DNA of 64,000 nucleotides from positions 2,728,001-2,792,000 of the forward strand of contig OZ287072.1 in NCBI GenBank assembly GCA_965645245.1, in the 5' to 3' direction. Below the pieces are notes generated by a model. The model made no database searches. It was not told the origin of the DNA and saw nothing but the letters and a program-made list of their open reading frames with translations. Source of the DNA: Massalongia carnosa. Lineage: Eukaryota. The position numbers and the translations under genes were made by a program. Below, piece after piece: positions 35,627 to 47,682 of the stretch. Each line of letters begins with the position of its first letter. Position 1 is the stretch's first letter.

Positions 35627-38600
35627 TTAACGTGGTTTGTTAGGGTGTCGTCGATAAAAGTCCTTCACCAGTTCTTCTGCATTTTCGAAGCCGTCAGCAT
35701 CATACCACGTCAGGTCTTCGTCAATTCCTTTCCACTTGACCTTGAACTGGATCTTTGGATATCGCTTTCGTGCGTCTAATATGTCGTCCAGTTCCCATTC
35801 GTCGTTACCTTCGACTACTACCGGTGGGGGTGGTTCGTTTATCTGACCAGGAAGGGGGTCGTCTGCAGCTTTTCGGAGCAAGCTGGTGTGGAACACATCG
35901 TGTATTTACATCGAGGGTGGAAGTTCCAGCTGACATGATGATCCTACCAATTTCATGACTCGATAGGGACCTATCATCTTGTGGTCCAGTTTCTTGCAAG
36001 CCCGCTCAGTCTTGATGTTTTTGGTTGACAACCACACCATGTCTCCTACCTCGTAAGATACTTCCGTCCGGTGTCGATCAGCCGCTGTTCTTTGCCTTTC
36101 CTGGGCTCGCTCCATGCTTTGCTTGACGAAGTTCCAGACTTTCTGCATGTCGTCTGTGATGGCCCTAGCTTGGGCGTTGGCCAACCTTTCTCTGGTGGAA
36201 GAAGCGGAAAGCTCTGCTGGATCGAAACTCATCCTCGGTTCATATCCTTTTGTGGCCATGAATGGTGAAAGCCCAGTTGTGGCCGACGGTGCGCTGTTGG
36301 CAGCGAACTCGGCCATCGGGAGAAGGTCCGCCCAGTCATCCTGATTATAGTTGGTGAAACTCCGGAGGTGACGTTCCATTTCTTGGTTCGCTATTTCGCT
36401 TTGTCCGTCTGTTTCGGGATGATAAGCGGTGGACAGTTTCGCCGTGATTTCCAGAATTTTGCACCATGCCTTCCATACCGCTGACACGAACTGGGGGCCC
36501 CGATCGGATAATATGCTGTTCGGGAGTCCGTGATAACGCCAGACGTTGTCGATGAGCAGCTTCGCTGTAGCCTCGGCAATTGTTCCTTCGTCACTACATG
36601 TGCATGGAATGTAGTGTCTTTCCTTGGACATCCGGTCCACAACCATCAGAATGGCGTCGTACTGCTCCTTGCTTTTGGCGAGCCCGGTCACATAGTCGAG
36701 GGTGATGTCTGACCATGGCTTGTCAGGTATGGGCAAGGGTTTCAGTAGCCCGTTGTATTTATCCCTTGGTGCTTTTGCCCGTCTGCAAACGTGACAGCTG
36801 CGAACATAGCGGCAAACTTCTTTGCCCATATTCGGCCAGTAGTAATTTCGAGAGATCGTCTGAATGGTCCTTGCTATTCCGGGGTGCCCAACCGCTATCT
36901 GGTCATGAATTTGCCGTACGACTTCGAGAATTGTTTCCTTGTTGTCCGGGACCCATAAGCGTTTTCGCTTATATAGCAGTCCATCTTTCACCGTACAATT
37001 CTTTGTGTCTGGCAAGGTGTTGTCCGCGGGAGTATCGTCGTCTGTCAGCGCTTTTCTGATCTTCGTACAGAGTTCATCTTCGAGGTTTTCCTGTTTTACC
37101 TTTTCGTCCAAAGGCTGTGGATCGGGATCGGTGGTAGTGTCAGTGTCGTCAAGGGCAGGAGTTTCATCTGATTCCGTTGCTTCTTCGATGGGTTGCGGTT
37201 CTAGTCTTTCCGAGGGCAGCAGCGTTTGGAGCTGATGCTGTTGTCGTTCGTCTTCCTCGTTCTGAGGTTTATCGTTTGGCCTTCGGGTCAGAGCGTCTGC
37301 TTTTTCGTTTTTCTTGCCCGGGCGATAGGTGATGACGAAATTGAACTCCGAGAGGAACTCCGCCCAGCGAGCCTGTCTTCTGGTCAGCTTTTTGGTGGAC
37401 ATGAAATACTCTAGACTTCGGTGATCAGTGAAGATCTTCACTGGTAGATCAGTGCCTTCCAGTTCCGGTTTCCATTGTTCAAAGCAGCGGATGATTGCCA
37501 GCAGTTCCTTGTCGTAGATTTCGTAGTTGCATTCCGCAGGGCTCATATTCTTGGAGAAGAACGCTACCGGGTGAAGTTCTCCGTCATCCCCCATTTGGGA
37601 AAGCACGCCACCATTGACATGGTCAGAAGAGTCGGTTTCCAAGTAACACTGCTTGTCTCGGTCGAAGTGTATCAGAATTGGGGCTTCGCCTATTTGTTTC
37701 CGCAGGGTCCGAAAAGCTTTTTCACATGCTAAGGTCCATTCAAAGATTCGTTCTTTCTTCGTCAGTGCGTTCAGGGGTTTGGCGATTTTCGAGAAGCCTC
37801 TGATGAATCGTCGATAGAAGTTGCAAAAGCCAATGAACGAACGAACCTCACGTAGACAAGTTGGGATTTCCCATTGCTGGATGGCCTTGACTTTAGCTGG
37901 ATCCATGCGAATGCCATCGACGCTAATGATCAGTCCCAAGTACTTGGTTTCCGTCACATGGAATTCGCATTTGTCCACGTCTGCTTGTAGTCCCGCTTCC
38001 CGAAGTTTGATCAGAACGAATCGGACGTGCTCCCGATGATCCTTCAGGTTCTTGCTATAAATCAGGATGTCGTCCAGGTAAGCCGTGCAGAACTTGTCCA
38101 AATAGTCGAATAACACATCGTTGATGTAGTGTTGCCAGGAAGCTGGTCCGCCAGAGAGTCCGAATGGGAGTACCTTATATTTATAGGCACCAAAACGAGA
38201 GTTGAACGTCGTCAGGTCTTCAGACTCTATGGCCATTCTGAGCTTGTGAAATGCTTGCCGAATATCAATCTTCGAAAAGACCTTAGCTTCCCTCAGCTGT
38301 GCCAGAGTTTCTTCTATCAGAGGTATGGGATAGCGGTCTTTTTTTGACAGTTGATTCAGCCTTCGATAATCGACACAGAAACGCAGGCCTCCGTTCGGCT
38401 TTTTGGCCAACAGAATAGGGGAAGCACACGCTGCGTGAATGGCCTCGATGAATCCTTTTCGAAGGTTGTCCTCGAGGTATTTCTTGACGAACTCCAGTTC
38501 TTTCTGTGACATGCTCCGAAGCGGACTATGTCCGTGATCTTTGTCTCCTTCCAGAATAATCCTATGATCATACGTTCGATGAGGTGCCAGAGTGTCAGAT

Positions 38601-39490
38601 GCTGTCTTGGAAAAGACATCTAGGAATTCGTGGTACTCTGAGGGAACTACCGTCTTCGGGTCAGTGGGTGGCTGGTCTTCCTTATTCAATTGGTACTCGA
38701 TGTCTTTCAAAGATATGGCGAATAACTCGACATTCTTTTGTTTGGAGAGCAGTCGGTACGCGGCAGCCCCTATCATCGCCATTTCTATCGGCTCATCTTC
38801 GGGAGTCGGCTTATCCTCGATTCCAGAGTCTGCTGGTCTTCCTGATAGCCCTACGTCAGCTTTGTTAGCTAACAAATCTGACGAACTGAGCTGATCTGGA
38901 CTAGTCCGCTCTGATTCCTTCGTGTCCGTTCTTGCCTCTTCGGGTCGTTTCAGTATTTTCATGATCGTTCTAGCCCCTTCGGACTCCCTCATCATCTTTT
39001 CCTCCTTGGGCAGCTGAGGAGCTCCAGGATGAGAACAATGACCAGGCCAGAAAGTTATCTTGTCTGTGGCCATGTCAATAATCACTCCATGCTTTCTCAT
39101 CCATGGTTTTCCCAATATCATCTTGTGTTGCCCCAGCTGCGTGATTAGAATAGGGGCTATTGTTTCCTTATGATTTTGTACGGTCAGGGTAGGGTAAATG
39201 GCATGCGTAATGTCTTTACCTCGTTTACCGTCGAAACCTTTGACTGCTTTCGGTCTTGTCAGTTTTTGAGGGGAGATCTGAAGCTTTTCACAAACTTCAC
39301 GCGCTGTTGATTCATCAATAAAAGCATGCCCAGTGGCACCGGTGTCCAATAGACCCATCACTTTTATTTCTTCGCTATTGCCCAGTCTACATTGTATGAC
39401 CAGGGGTTCATCGGTGAAAAAATCACCAGGTAAACAGCTCGACGAAATCAACACTGGTTCACCTCCATCTGCGTCTTTGATGGAGGTCAC
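35627..39490 (-). CDS. Gypsy-2 pol (PR-RT-RH-IN-chromodomain); frameshift near 35906 before the chromodomain
   Basis: LLDTGA, YLDD, TDSS, GHPG..CHVC, SDRG, GPY, EWELDDILD..VKWKG. Confidence 0.95.
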
Positions 39491-40743
39491 TCTTTTCCCG
39501 AGTCAGCAATTTCAGCGATTTTCTGCACTTTCGCTGGCCGACTCTTCCTCTTCAGCTCACAATCTCTGGACAAATGTCCATGCTCCTTGCAAAAGAAACA
39601 ACGACCTTCCCTGGTCAATCGTTCCTTTTCTTCATCCGTCATGTAGGAAGAGGACCTGGGGGTCGAGGCCGTGATGGCGTGACGGGGAGGGACATAGGTC
39701 TCGGTGGTGGAGGTTGTGGTCGTCGTGGTCGGGGCGCTAGAACTCGAGGCAGTGGTGCTGGGCCTTTTACTTTCCGCATAACGGTCCATATTGGCCTTGC
39801 TTCGGTCCAAGTCCTTGAGGTCCTGATACAAGCGCTGACACTTATGCGCGAACTCATACAGGTCGGTCGGTGCCTCGGCGCCGGTGGCCAATTGCCGATT
39901 CATTCCCCAAGAAAGCTTGTGCTTCAACTCGCTAATTAATGTAGCCTCGTTATGGTCCAGCTCAGCTGCCAGACGCTGAAACTCAGCCCAAAAGGTGTTG
40001 AAATCCTTGCTTCCTTGCCGAAGATACCGAAAGTCGTTCATCGCAGTTTGTTTTCGATTGGGATCGCCGTATGTGCGTTCCAATTGGTCAAACATTTCCT
40101 CGGCCGTCAGAAAGGGCTTCATCGCGCCTTTTCGAAGTCGGGGTTCTAGGTGTCCCATTGCTTCTCCTCCTACCCGGTTCTCCACGTATGCCTTCTTGAG
40201 CAGTTCCGACGGCATGTGGTCATCATTGGCTGCTAGTTTACTCATCATCTTTGTCAGCCAATGGTCTATGGAGATTTCCTTTCCGTCGGTGAAGATAGGC
40301 GGGTCAGGCAGTTTCATCGACCTCTTCCTACCGCCGTCGCTGCGACGGCTGCTACGGGAAGGGGATGGGGTTCGTGGGCGAGACGGCTCTCGCGTCTGTT
40401 CTCGGCTCATTTCAGTGCTGGCCACGGGGGCCCGTCCTTGTAATTCTCTTATTTCTTCTTTCTGGTAGGACATCCTGCCCTCCAACTGGTTCATTCTGGT
40501 TTGGAATCCCTCAGCCATATCAATAGCTCGGTTACCTCGTTCAACGGAGTCGTTGTATGCTCCCTTCAGGTTTTGAAGCATGTCGGACACGGCCTGAGGG
40601 TCGTGCTCCATCCATGCCTTCAATTGTCGGAGGTTTATAATCATCAGAGGCTCCGTTACCTCTAGTTCGTCCTCTGTTTCTCTAGTCTCGGGGATTATCG
40701 AGTCCCGGTGTCCTGGGACCTCGGTCCCGGTTGATAGTGCCAT
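39487..40743 (-). CDS. Gypsy-2 gag
   Basis: KLPDPPIF, LRQG, CFFCKEHGHLSRDC; ends in GGGAAAA, a likely -1 frameshift site into pol. Confidence 0.92.
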   Translation of the reverse strand: MALSTGTEVPGHRDSIIPETRETEDELEVTEPLMIINLRQLKAWMEHDPQAVSDMLQNLKGAYNDSVERGNRAIDMAEGFQTRMNQLEGRMSYQKEEIRELQGRAPVASTEMSREQTREPSRPRTPSPSRSSRRSDGGRKRSMKLPDPPIFTDGKEISIDHWLTKMMSKLAANDDHMPSELLKKAYVENRVGGEAMGHLEPRLRKGAMKPFLTAEEMFDQLERTYGDPNRKQTAMNDFRYLRQGSKDFNTFWAEFQRLAAELDHNEATLISELKHKLSWGMNRQLATGAEAPTDLYEFAHKCQRLYQDLKDLDRSKANMDRYAESKRPSTTASSSSAPTTTTTTSTTETYVPPRHAITASTPRSSSYMTDEEKERLTREGRCFFCKEHGHLSRDCELKRKSRPAKVQKIAEIADSGKE

Positions 40744-41990
40744 GTTATAAGCTGGTATCTGGTTATCGGTGTCTTGTATCTTGGGTTCAGTGTCAGTGGT
40801 CGTCTCGTCTCTACGATGTTTAATTCTCGGTGTCGGTATCAATATCTGGTGTCTTCGTGTTTGTCAGGTGAATTCTTTTATATCCTTCACATAGGATAAC
40901 AGTTTGAAGTTTCATCTTTATTGTAATGTTACGGTCTACCTAGAGGCTAGTCATAGGGACGCCATGAACGAAAAGAATAAAGATGAAGAGAAAAGAAAGA
41001 CTCGAAAGGTCTGACCCGTCCCTATATGCCAACGCGTTCCCTTGCCCTCATGCAGTACGGTCGCGAAAGAGTTTTCCGCGCTATCTCGTGAATCTCGTTA
41101 TCCGACCCGTAGGTGCTCGATTAGGTTTAGCTCCTAAACGCGAAAGGTGGAATCGTGACAGACTTTATCATTTAAATTTATCAAGAAGTAATAATTTCAA
41201 ATTTATCTAATCTCGTTATTCAGTGAGTCACTGTTGAAAATATGACTTTGGCTATATCATCAGCTAGTTCGTGTCAATCTCGTTATATTGCTACTAAGTA
41301 TGTTTGGGCTATTGCTCACAGCCCCCGGCCTCGAGAGGGGGACTCGATAAGGGCCTTGCTGTCTACTAATGTAAGACCCTCTCGCAGGCCTTGGGCTGTG
41401 AACAGACTCCCTCTATCTAAGCGACAGAAGAACTGGAGTGGGTGGGTGGGAAAGAAAACGTTGCAAACAGTGCTATCAAAATGCTATGCTTTTTGATTGT
41501 CTTGAGATGTGAGATGATGAGGGATACCGTCTGGGACCTCCTCTTTATATATCTTCTTCCTATTCTCCTTGTCCTACTCTACCATCCCAGTATGCCCCAT
41601 CAACGCGGCCCATAGCAAGGCATACACAAATCCGAAACCTAACTGTCGTCCGAAGGATCGATGCGGTGCTAAGATCTCTATGCCGTGCTGAGACATCCTT
41701 ATGGTGCTGAGACATCTATGCCGTCCGAGAGATCCATGCGGTGCCGAAATCAAAGCGGGAGCTGTCTCGATTAACGACGCACTAGCTCTCAGCATAGCCG
41801 AACTAGCTAGTTCGTGTCAATCTCGTTATATTGCTACTAAGTATGTTTGGGCTATTGCTCACAGCCCCCGGCCTCGAGAGGGGGACTCGATAAGGGCCTT
41901 GCTGTCTACTAATGTAAGACCCTCTCGCAGGCCTTGGGCTGTGAACAGACTCCCAATCCCCAACATGGAACGACCCGCTTGCGGTGTTGT

Positions 41991-43046
41991 TCAGGACCTA
42001 GTGACTGGATTGTGAGGTTCCGTGGGTAATGTTTGAAGGCGTTTTGAGGCGTTAAGAAGGTAAGTGGGGTGGGTTTGTATGTAAAGCTTGTATGCGTCTG
42101 ACTTCCATCTTCCTAGCATCTGAATCTCGTCTTCGGTGAGTCCTGCCCGTCGCGCTGTTGTTGCCGCACCTCTTCTGAACGAGTGGCCAGAGAAATTTCC
42201 TATATAGCCCAAGTTCCTTAAGGTGGATTTCATCGCTGTTGTAATGTAGTCTCGAGTGAAGGACTGACCGTTTTTAAAGAGTGGTGCGGCCGGAGAACTT
42301 GGGAATCGCCTATATAAATTTGTAAGAGAAGCTAGTGCACAAGCAACATCGTTGGTAGCCGCAATTGTCAGTGTTATGCCTCGGCGAAAGGGATCGGTTT
42401 TGGAGACTGGTAGAGAGAGCTGTAGGTGATCTGCTTCGAACCTAATAGATTTTCTGGTGAGGTGCCATTGATCAAAGCTTGGGTCTAGTACATCTTGCGT
42501 TGTGTAAGTAAATTCTCCGGCTCGTAAGAAGCCTGCAAACGCTAAGCAGTACGCCGCATGTAAATTTGCGCCTTTCTCTTTCGTTTGATCAAGACGACTT
42601 AGCAATTTGATTAAGATCTCTCTAGTAATTGGTAACCTTTCACGTTTCTCGGCTTCACCGTTCTTTCGCTTTATGCCAGTAAGGATGCGATCTAACACCG
42701 GGTGATGAAATACGTCGAGATTACCGAGGCCCATATCTATCTGGCATGATCTTATGCCCGTCAAGTAGCTCTTAATAGTTTTTGGTTGCAGGCGTCGTTC
42801 ACCCAACGCTGCGATCCACGAAGACAGCGTCCGGATGTTGGCTGGAAATGGTGGCGCGTTGAGGTTTACCCTACAGTAAAGAACGTATCCCTTTCTTGCC
42901 GTTGTGTATAAAGATCTTGTCTTAGTGGCCAGGCCCCACCAGAGGTATCGTGCTGCGATTTCGTCTAGAGGTACCTCACTGTACCAAGATGGGGGTGGAT
43001 CGCGTCCTATATTGCTGAGGGTAGAGCCTGAAACTGAGGGATTTTG
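41991..43046 (-). CDS. Ngaro-2 tyrosine recombinase (frame opens without AUG)
   Basis: RYLWWGLA..TRSLY, AGFLRAGE, SKTD, GHSFRRGAA, LGRWKSDAY..Y; catalytic set complete. Confidence 0.93.
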   Translation of the reverse strand, partial: QNPSVSGSTLSNIGRDPPPSWYSEVPLDEIAARYLWWGLATKTRSLYTTARKGYVLYCRVNLNAPPFPANIRTLSSWIAALGERRLQPKTIKSYLTGIRSCQIDMGLGNLDVFHHPVLDRILTGIKRKNGEAEKRERLPITREILIKLLSRLDQTKEKGANLHAAYCLAFAGFLRAGEFTYTTQDVLDPSFDQWHLTRKSIRFEADHLQLSLPVSKTDPFRRGITLTIAATNDVACALASLTNLYRRFPSSPAAPLFKNGQSFTRDYITTAMKSTLRNLGYIGNFSGHSFRRGAATTARRAGLTEDEIQMLGRWKSDAYKLYIQTHPTYLLNASKRLQTLPTEPHNPVTRS

Positions 43047-44623
43047 TCAGCCAGTTTCTTCAAAAGTCCTCTAGACAAGAGATCAGCAATATAATTTTCT
43101 TTGGATGATATCCATCGCGCTTCTATCTGGATATCATGTAATGCAGCTAGCATTGTAATTGCCCGCAGGGCATGCATTGCTTGGCCTCGTATAGAGGTTT
43201 TATTCACTCCTTTCGTGACAGCGTAGCTATCACAATAGAGGATTAAATGACTACCCTTGCATATAGGTAGCCACTTTTTCATAGCTTGAAGAATTGCTGT
43301 CATTTCTTTGACGTTGATATGCTTTGCCCTAAGGCGCGTAGTAAAGCGTGTGCTAAAAGCCTGCCGGGCTGCTTGTATATTATGCAAATTTTGATCCTCG
43401 CTGAGGATAAAGCCGCCCATACCATATGAGCCGGACGCATCTGTCCATATTCTCATAGTATGTCTAGTACGGTTGAGCAGATGTATGCCATTCCATTTAG
43501 GTAGGAAATGATGCCACCATAGAAGATCAGCCCTCATGTCCTTGTTAAGATGGATTAGTTTAGAGGTTACGCTTGCCGTAGCATTGAAAAGACGGCGTAG
43601 AAAGGCTCTTCCTGGTTTTACCACTCTGGCTGCAAAGCATAAGAATCCTAGAAGAGAGTCGAGTTCCTTCCTGGGTATGGCTTTTTTATTCAAAGCTGCC
43701 GATACTAGGGTCTTTGCTTTTAGTAACTTTTCGGAAGGCAAGCGTGCTTCCATGAGCGCGGTATCGATTTCAATGCCGAGGAAATCGCAAGTCGTTCCAG
43801 TTCTGTTCTTTTCGAGCTTGATTTTCATGCCAAGATCTTTACAAATGTTGTGGAAAACTTGATCAAACTTTTCAGCATCTGGTCCGGTGCTGACTATTAT
43901 TAAAAAATCATCCAAGTAATGAATAGCGTCTTTCCAACCACAGTTGTACAATATCCAGTTGATACCCTTCGCGAACAGATCAAAAAGGAACGGCGACGTT
44001 CTCAGCCCAAAGGGTAAGTATTTATCCATCCAAAAGGAATCCTGCCACTTGAAACCTAGTAACCACCAATCGCTTTTTGCTACTGGTATGTGGCGAAAAG
44101 CGTCCGCAAAGTCTCTTTTAATAAGAATACACCCTGGCCCGCGTTGCTCAATCAACCTAATGGCTTCGTCGAAGCTGGTATATTCCAGGGAGCCCCAGTC
44201 TTCCGGTATGTGGTCGTTGACTGAGCTACTCTCCGGATACGATAGATGATGGATTCGCCGCCAACCACCGTTAGCCTTTGGTACAAGGCCTAATGGGGAA
44301 CATATAAAGCAAGAAGGAATGTTGTTGACTTTCTCCAACCGATTACTAGCTATTTGTTCTTCGAGGTCATTGGTAAGAACTTCCGGTGCCTCATTTGCAG
44401 AGGCAAGATTATCGCTAATAATGAGTTGATGTGGTCCTGTATAACCAACTTTGGCACCGTAGGTGATGATATCGATAATTGTTTGTGTGTAAGTGCGATC
44501 CGGGTGATTGGCCAAATGTTTCTCCCAGCCTTCTTTCTTCAATGGGCCCGGTGGGATCTTTGTTAGATTGTCCGTCAAGGTGTATGGAAAGGACTCCGCG
44601 ATGGATAAGAATGGGGCGGTTAG
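43007..44623 (-). CDS. Ngaro-2 RT/RNase H (in frame with gag, no N-terminal AUG)
   Basis: SPLGLVPK, DFADAF, LPFGL, YLDDF, TDAS, KE, CDS, NYIADLLSR. Confidence 0.94.
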   Translation of the reverse strand, partial: LTAPFLSIAESFPYTLTDNLTKIPPGPLKKEGWEKHLANHPDRTYTQTIIDIITYGAKVGYTGPHQLIISDNLASANEAPEVLTNDLEEQIASNRLEKVNNIPSCFICSPLGLVPKANGGWRRIHHLSYPESSSVNDHIPEDWGSLEYTSFDEAIRLIEQRGPGCILIKRDFADAFRHIPVAKSDWWLLGFKWQDSFWMDKYLPFGLRTSPFLFDLFAKGINWILYNCGWKDAIHYLDDFLIIVSTGPDAEKFDQVFHNICKDLGMKIKLEKNRTGTTCDFLGIEIDTALMEARLPSEKLLKAKTLVSAALNKKAIPRKELDSLLGFLCFAARVVKPGRAFLRRLFNATASVTSKLIHLNKDMRADLLWWHHFLPKWNGIHLLNRTRHTMRIWTDASGSYGMGGFILSEDQNLHNIQAARQAFSTRFTTRLRAKHINVKEMTAILQAMKKWLPICKGSHLILYCDSYAVTKGVNKTSIRGQAMHALRAITMLAALHDIQIEARWISSKENYIADLLSRGLLKKLADKIPQFQALPSAI

Positions 44624-45671
44624 TCATTGCCTTGATGGGAGAGGCATCGAATTTGGGTTAGAGGGTTGATTTTTTCCATTTGTACAGTCCATCGCCCGAT
44701 GTTGCTTTCCACATTTCTCACACACATGTTGGAATCTACAATATACGGGACAGTCTTTGCCATAGTTGTATTTCTTACAGATAATCTTTTCGCCTGAGGT
44801 TTTGAAAGCCGTAGAATTATCGTCCGGTTTTGCAAAGTAAGCGGACGGTTTCCGCACAAGATGCCTTTCCAAGGAATGGTCCATTTCTTTCCATCCATCC
44901 GGGTTGTCAATCCCGCGAAAGGCTCGAGATTTGTGGAAATTCAAATGAAAGATGCGAACCGAGTCCCAGGTGTAGAAGGCGTATAATGATAGAAGATGGT
45001 CCTGATAAGCCATGAAGGCTCTCATCAGGTTTATCTGGAGACCGGGGTGTGCAAAGTGTAGTAGTATCATCCAATATACCCCGAGACATCGTATCAAATG
45101 AACTATCCCTTTGATATCTTTTAAGGAGCCATCTTCTTCTCTCGTGGCGATTTCCAGACCTTCTCCGAGTTTGACGTATCTAGAGTTGGTTTGAACTCCG
45201 TCGATTTCGGTACATAGCTTCTGTATACAATGAGTTTGGTCGATGCGGTGGAAATGATGTCGGAAATAATAGGGAAGGCTGTTGAGCTGAGGCTACTGGC
45301 CCAGGGACCACGTCTCGGGCACGTGCTTGTTGGGTTTCGATATCCCGCCTAAGACTTACTCTTTCTCTTTCCTCGGCTTCCCTGCGGGACATTTCGCGTT
45401 GTGCTCTAAGTTCAATAATGTCATCAGGGGTGCGAGAACGGGTTTCCGGTATAACAGGCCCTTGTGAGGAGGAATTAAACGCTGAAGATGGAAGAGGAGA
45501 AGGTTGAGGATGGCTTTGAAGGGTTGCCGTGCTGTCTTGTGAGTCGGGTACTTCGACGTCTGGGTTGGAGTTGGCTAGATTTGCCCTAGCTCTAGTTCTA
45601 GTACGGGCTTGAGTGCTGCCTTGTGTGCGGGAGGTAGGCTTGGTGATTCTGTTGGAGATGCGGGTGGCCAT
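44624..45671 (-). CDS. Ngaro-2 gag-like ORF (frame change near 45230-45290)
   Basis: ATG 45671; YTWDSV..FH; CKKYN..C..C..HVCEKCG..H..C. Confidence 0.8.
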
Positions 45672-46801
45672 TTTTGGAGGAGAGGGATTTGAATAGAGTA
45701 AATTTAAGTGTAGTGGTTGTATAAATTTGAATTGGGTGAAAAGAAAACGTTGCAAACAGTGCTATCAAAATGCTATGCTTTTTGATTGTCTTGAGATGTG
45801 AGATGATGAGGGATACCGTCTGGGACCTCCTCTTTATATATCTTCTTCCTATTCTCCTTGTCCTACTCTACCATCCCAGTATGCCCCATCAACGCGGCCC
45901 ATAGCAAGGCATACACAAATCCGAAACCTAACTGTCGTCCGAAGGATCGATGCGGTGCTAAGATCTCTATGCCGTGCTGAGACATCCTTATGGTGCTGAG
46001 ACATCTATGCCGTCCGAGAGATCCATGCGGTGCCGAAATCAAAGCGGGAGCTGTCTCGATTAACGACGCACTAGCTCTCAGCATAGCCGAACTAGAAAAT
46101 TGGAGATTACTAACAGATCTTGATGATTAAATATTCGACTTATTGGTTACTTTAGTCTTTATTCGTCAACCTTTAGGCAGTTGCCTTTATCTATTATACG
46201 TCTTGTCGTTATATTAGTCAGTGCAACCTGCATCTCAACAAATAATCGTCACTCTGTCTTTACTTCTCGTCTCGATAAGCTTTATTATTCTCTTTACCTT
46301 GACCTTTTAACAATTCAGTCATATATTATCCACTTTATCCTATCTTTACGTCCTCTTTATCCGTCGTAGAGTAATATTGGTTGTTCAGCTGCTCTCTTTA
46401 CATGTCGCATCGTCATACAATGACTTCGTTGCAGCTTTTGTATCTTGCGTATAATATATCTATATAATGCGCAACCGTCCTTGGATTTCTTATCGAAGAT
46501 AATGTTAAGCACGTTCAGTTCTCGAAGATCAACAGTATTCTACATTATTACGTGGTAATGATTCTCATTATTCTTTGAATTGATTATTATCTATTACTTG
46601 ATGACGAGAAAACCTGCTTAGAACATAATGCCTATAGAGCCCAAATGTTAGAAGACCAACTACTACTGCGACGACATATTAAGCTCATCTGTTCTGGAAC
46701 AACAGTCACTCTTAGACGGAAGCCCTTCCTTATCCTACTAAAAAGCGCATGCGTTTAGGAAACCAATTCTCTTTAATGCTAACATAATACAATAGGGTAC
46801 G

Positions 46802-46971
46802 TGTGACGAAGCGAGACAGTGAATAGATTTCTACCATTGCGACACCTGTCCTCCCGACCAAAAGACACAATACTTAGTCCGCAGACCAAGCTCTATTCTA
46901 CTATAACTAAGACTCCTGCTATGTTCGCTGTAGGTCCTGCTGTCGAGACCACGCATGGTCGAACCATTATA
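46802..46971 (-). mobile_element. Solo LTR (170 bp), same family as 30259-30428
   Basis: Reverse-complement homology; TSD GTACG/TTACG (one mismatch). Confidence 0.85.
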
Positions 46972-47682
46972 TTACGTTATAATCCCAAACGTTAAGTTAT
47001 AATCCCAAACAAAAACTAAACACCAAATCCATCGAGTCTAAAGGATTCAAGGGTACATAAATGTCTAGATATATGGGACCTGCGATGGGGGGGCGCTCTC
47101 GGTCGCAATAAAAATAGACTCGGTTGGTTATATTAACCTGACAAATTGAGTCCACTATTTGATTTGTTCATCGGGATATTGATTACGCATGCCACAGCAT
47201 CCTTCGTGTTGACGGTAGTCAAAGATAATATGGATGATCGTATCGATAGTGGACAAGAGTTGGTTTGGAAGATAGTCAAAAGATGGTATAGACGGTTGTC
47301 TGGATGGTAGTCAAAAGATATCAAGATGTATAAGCTAGTGTGGATTATGGGTGAAAAGGAGTGGTGTTTATTGATCTATAGGAGGTCTAGGCTAGCTAAC
47401 TGATGGATATCTCATAGGGATTCGTGGGTCATGTGACCCCTAATCGCCTGACACACCCCCCCAGCTTTGACCAAAGCTGCCATGACCGAAAAACCTATAA
47501 TAGTTAAAAATTTCCATGTTTTACCTTGATTTCTAGTGATTTTGGCCGATTCAATTTGTGGCCGTATTTCCCTTCTTCTGATTGGCTAATTTCTTCTGAT
47601 TATTGACCAGGTCCATGGCATTGACTAGCTCTAATAGCTTGACGAAATGTTGATGCTTTTGAGGAGGTAGGATCTTGGTTAA

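Larger units (their letters stand above)
35296..41160 (-). mobile_element. Ty3/Gypsy chromovirus 2, full length
   Basis: 234-bp LTRs 35296-35529 and 40927-41160 (3 differences counted); TSD GACTT. Confidence 0.97.
41264..46095 (-). mobile_element. Ngaro-type YR retrotransposon 2, structurally complete
   Basis: Split direct repeats A1 45740-46095, B1 41807-41954, A2 41451-41806, B2 41264-41411; gag, RT/RH and YR; no TSD. Confidence 0.95.

Noticed and set aside
41991..42806. YR as a Starship captain, Crypton or phage integrase
   Set aside because: Linked to gag and RT/RH inside split direct repeats, so an Ngaro retrotransposon
46096..47318. Possible host gene remnant
   Set aside because: AT-rich, no sustained ORF or recognisable motif; left unannotated apart from the solo LTR
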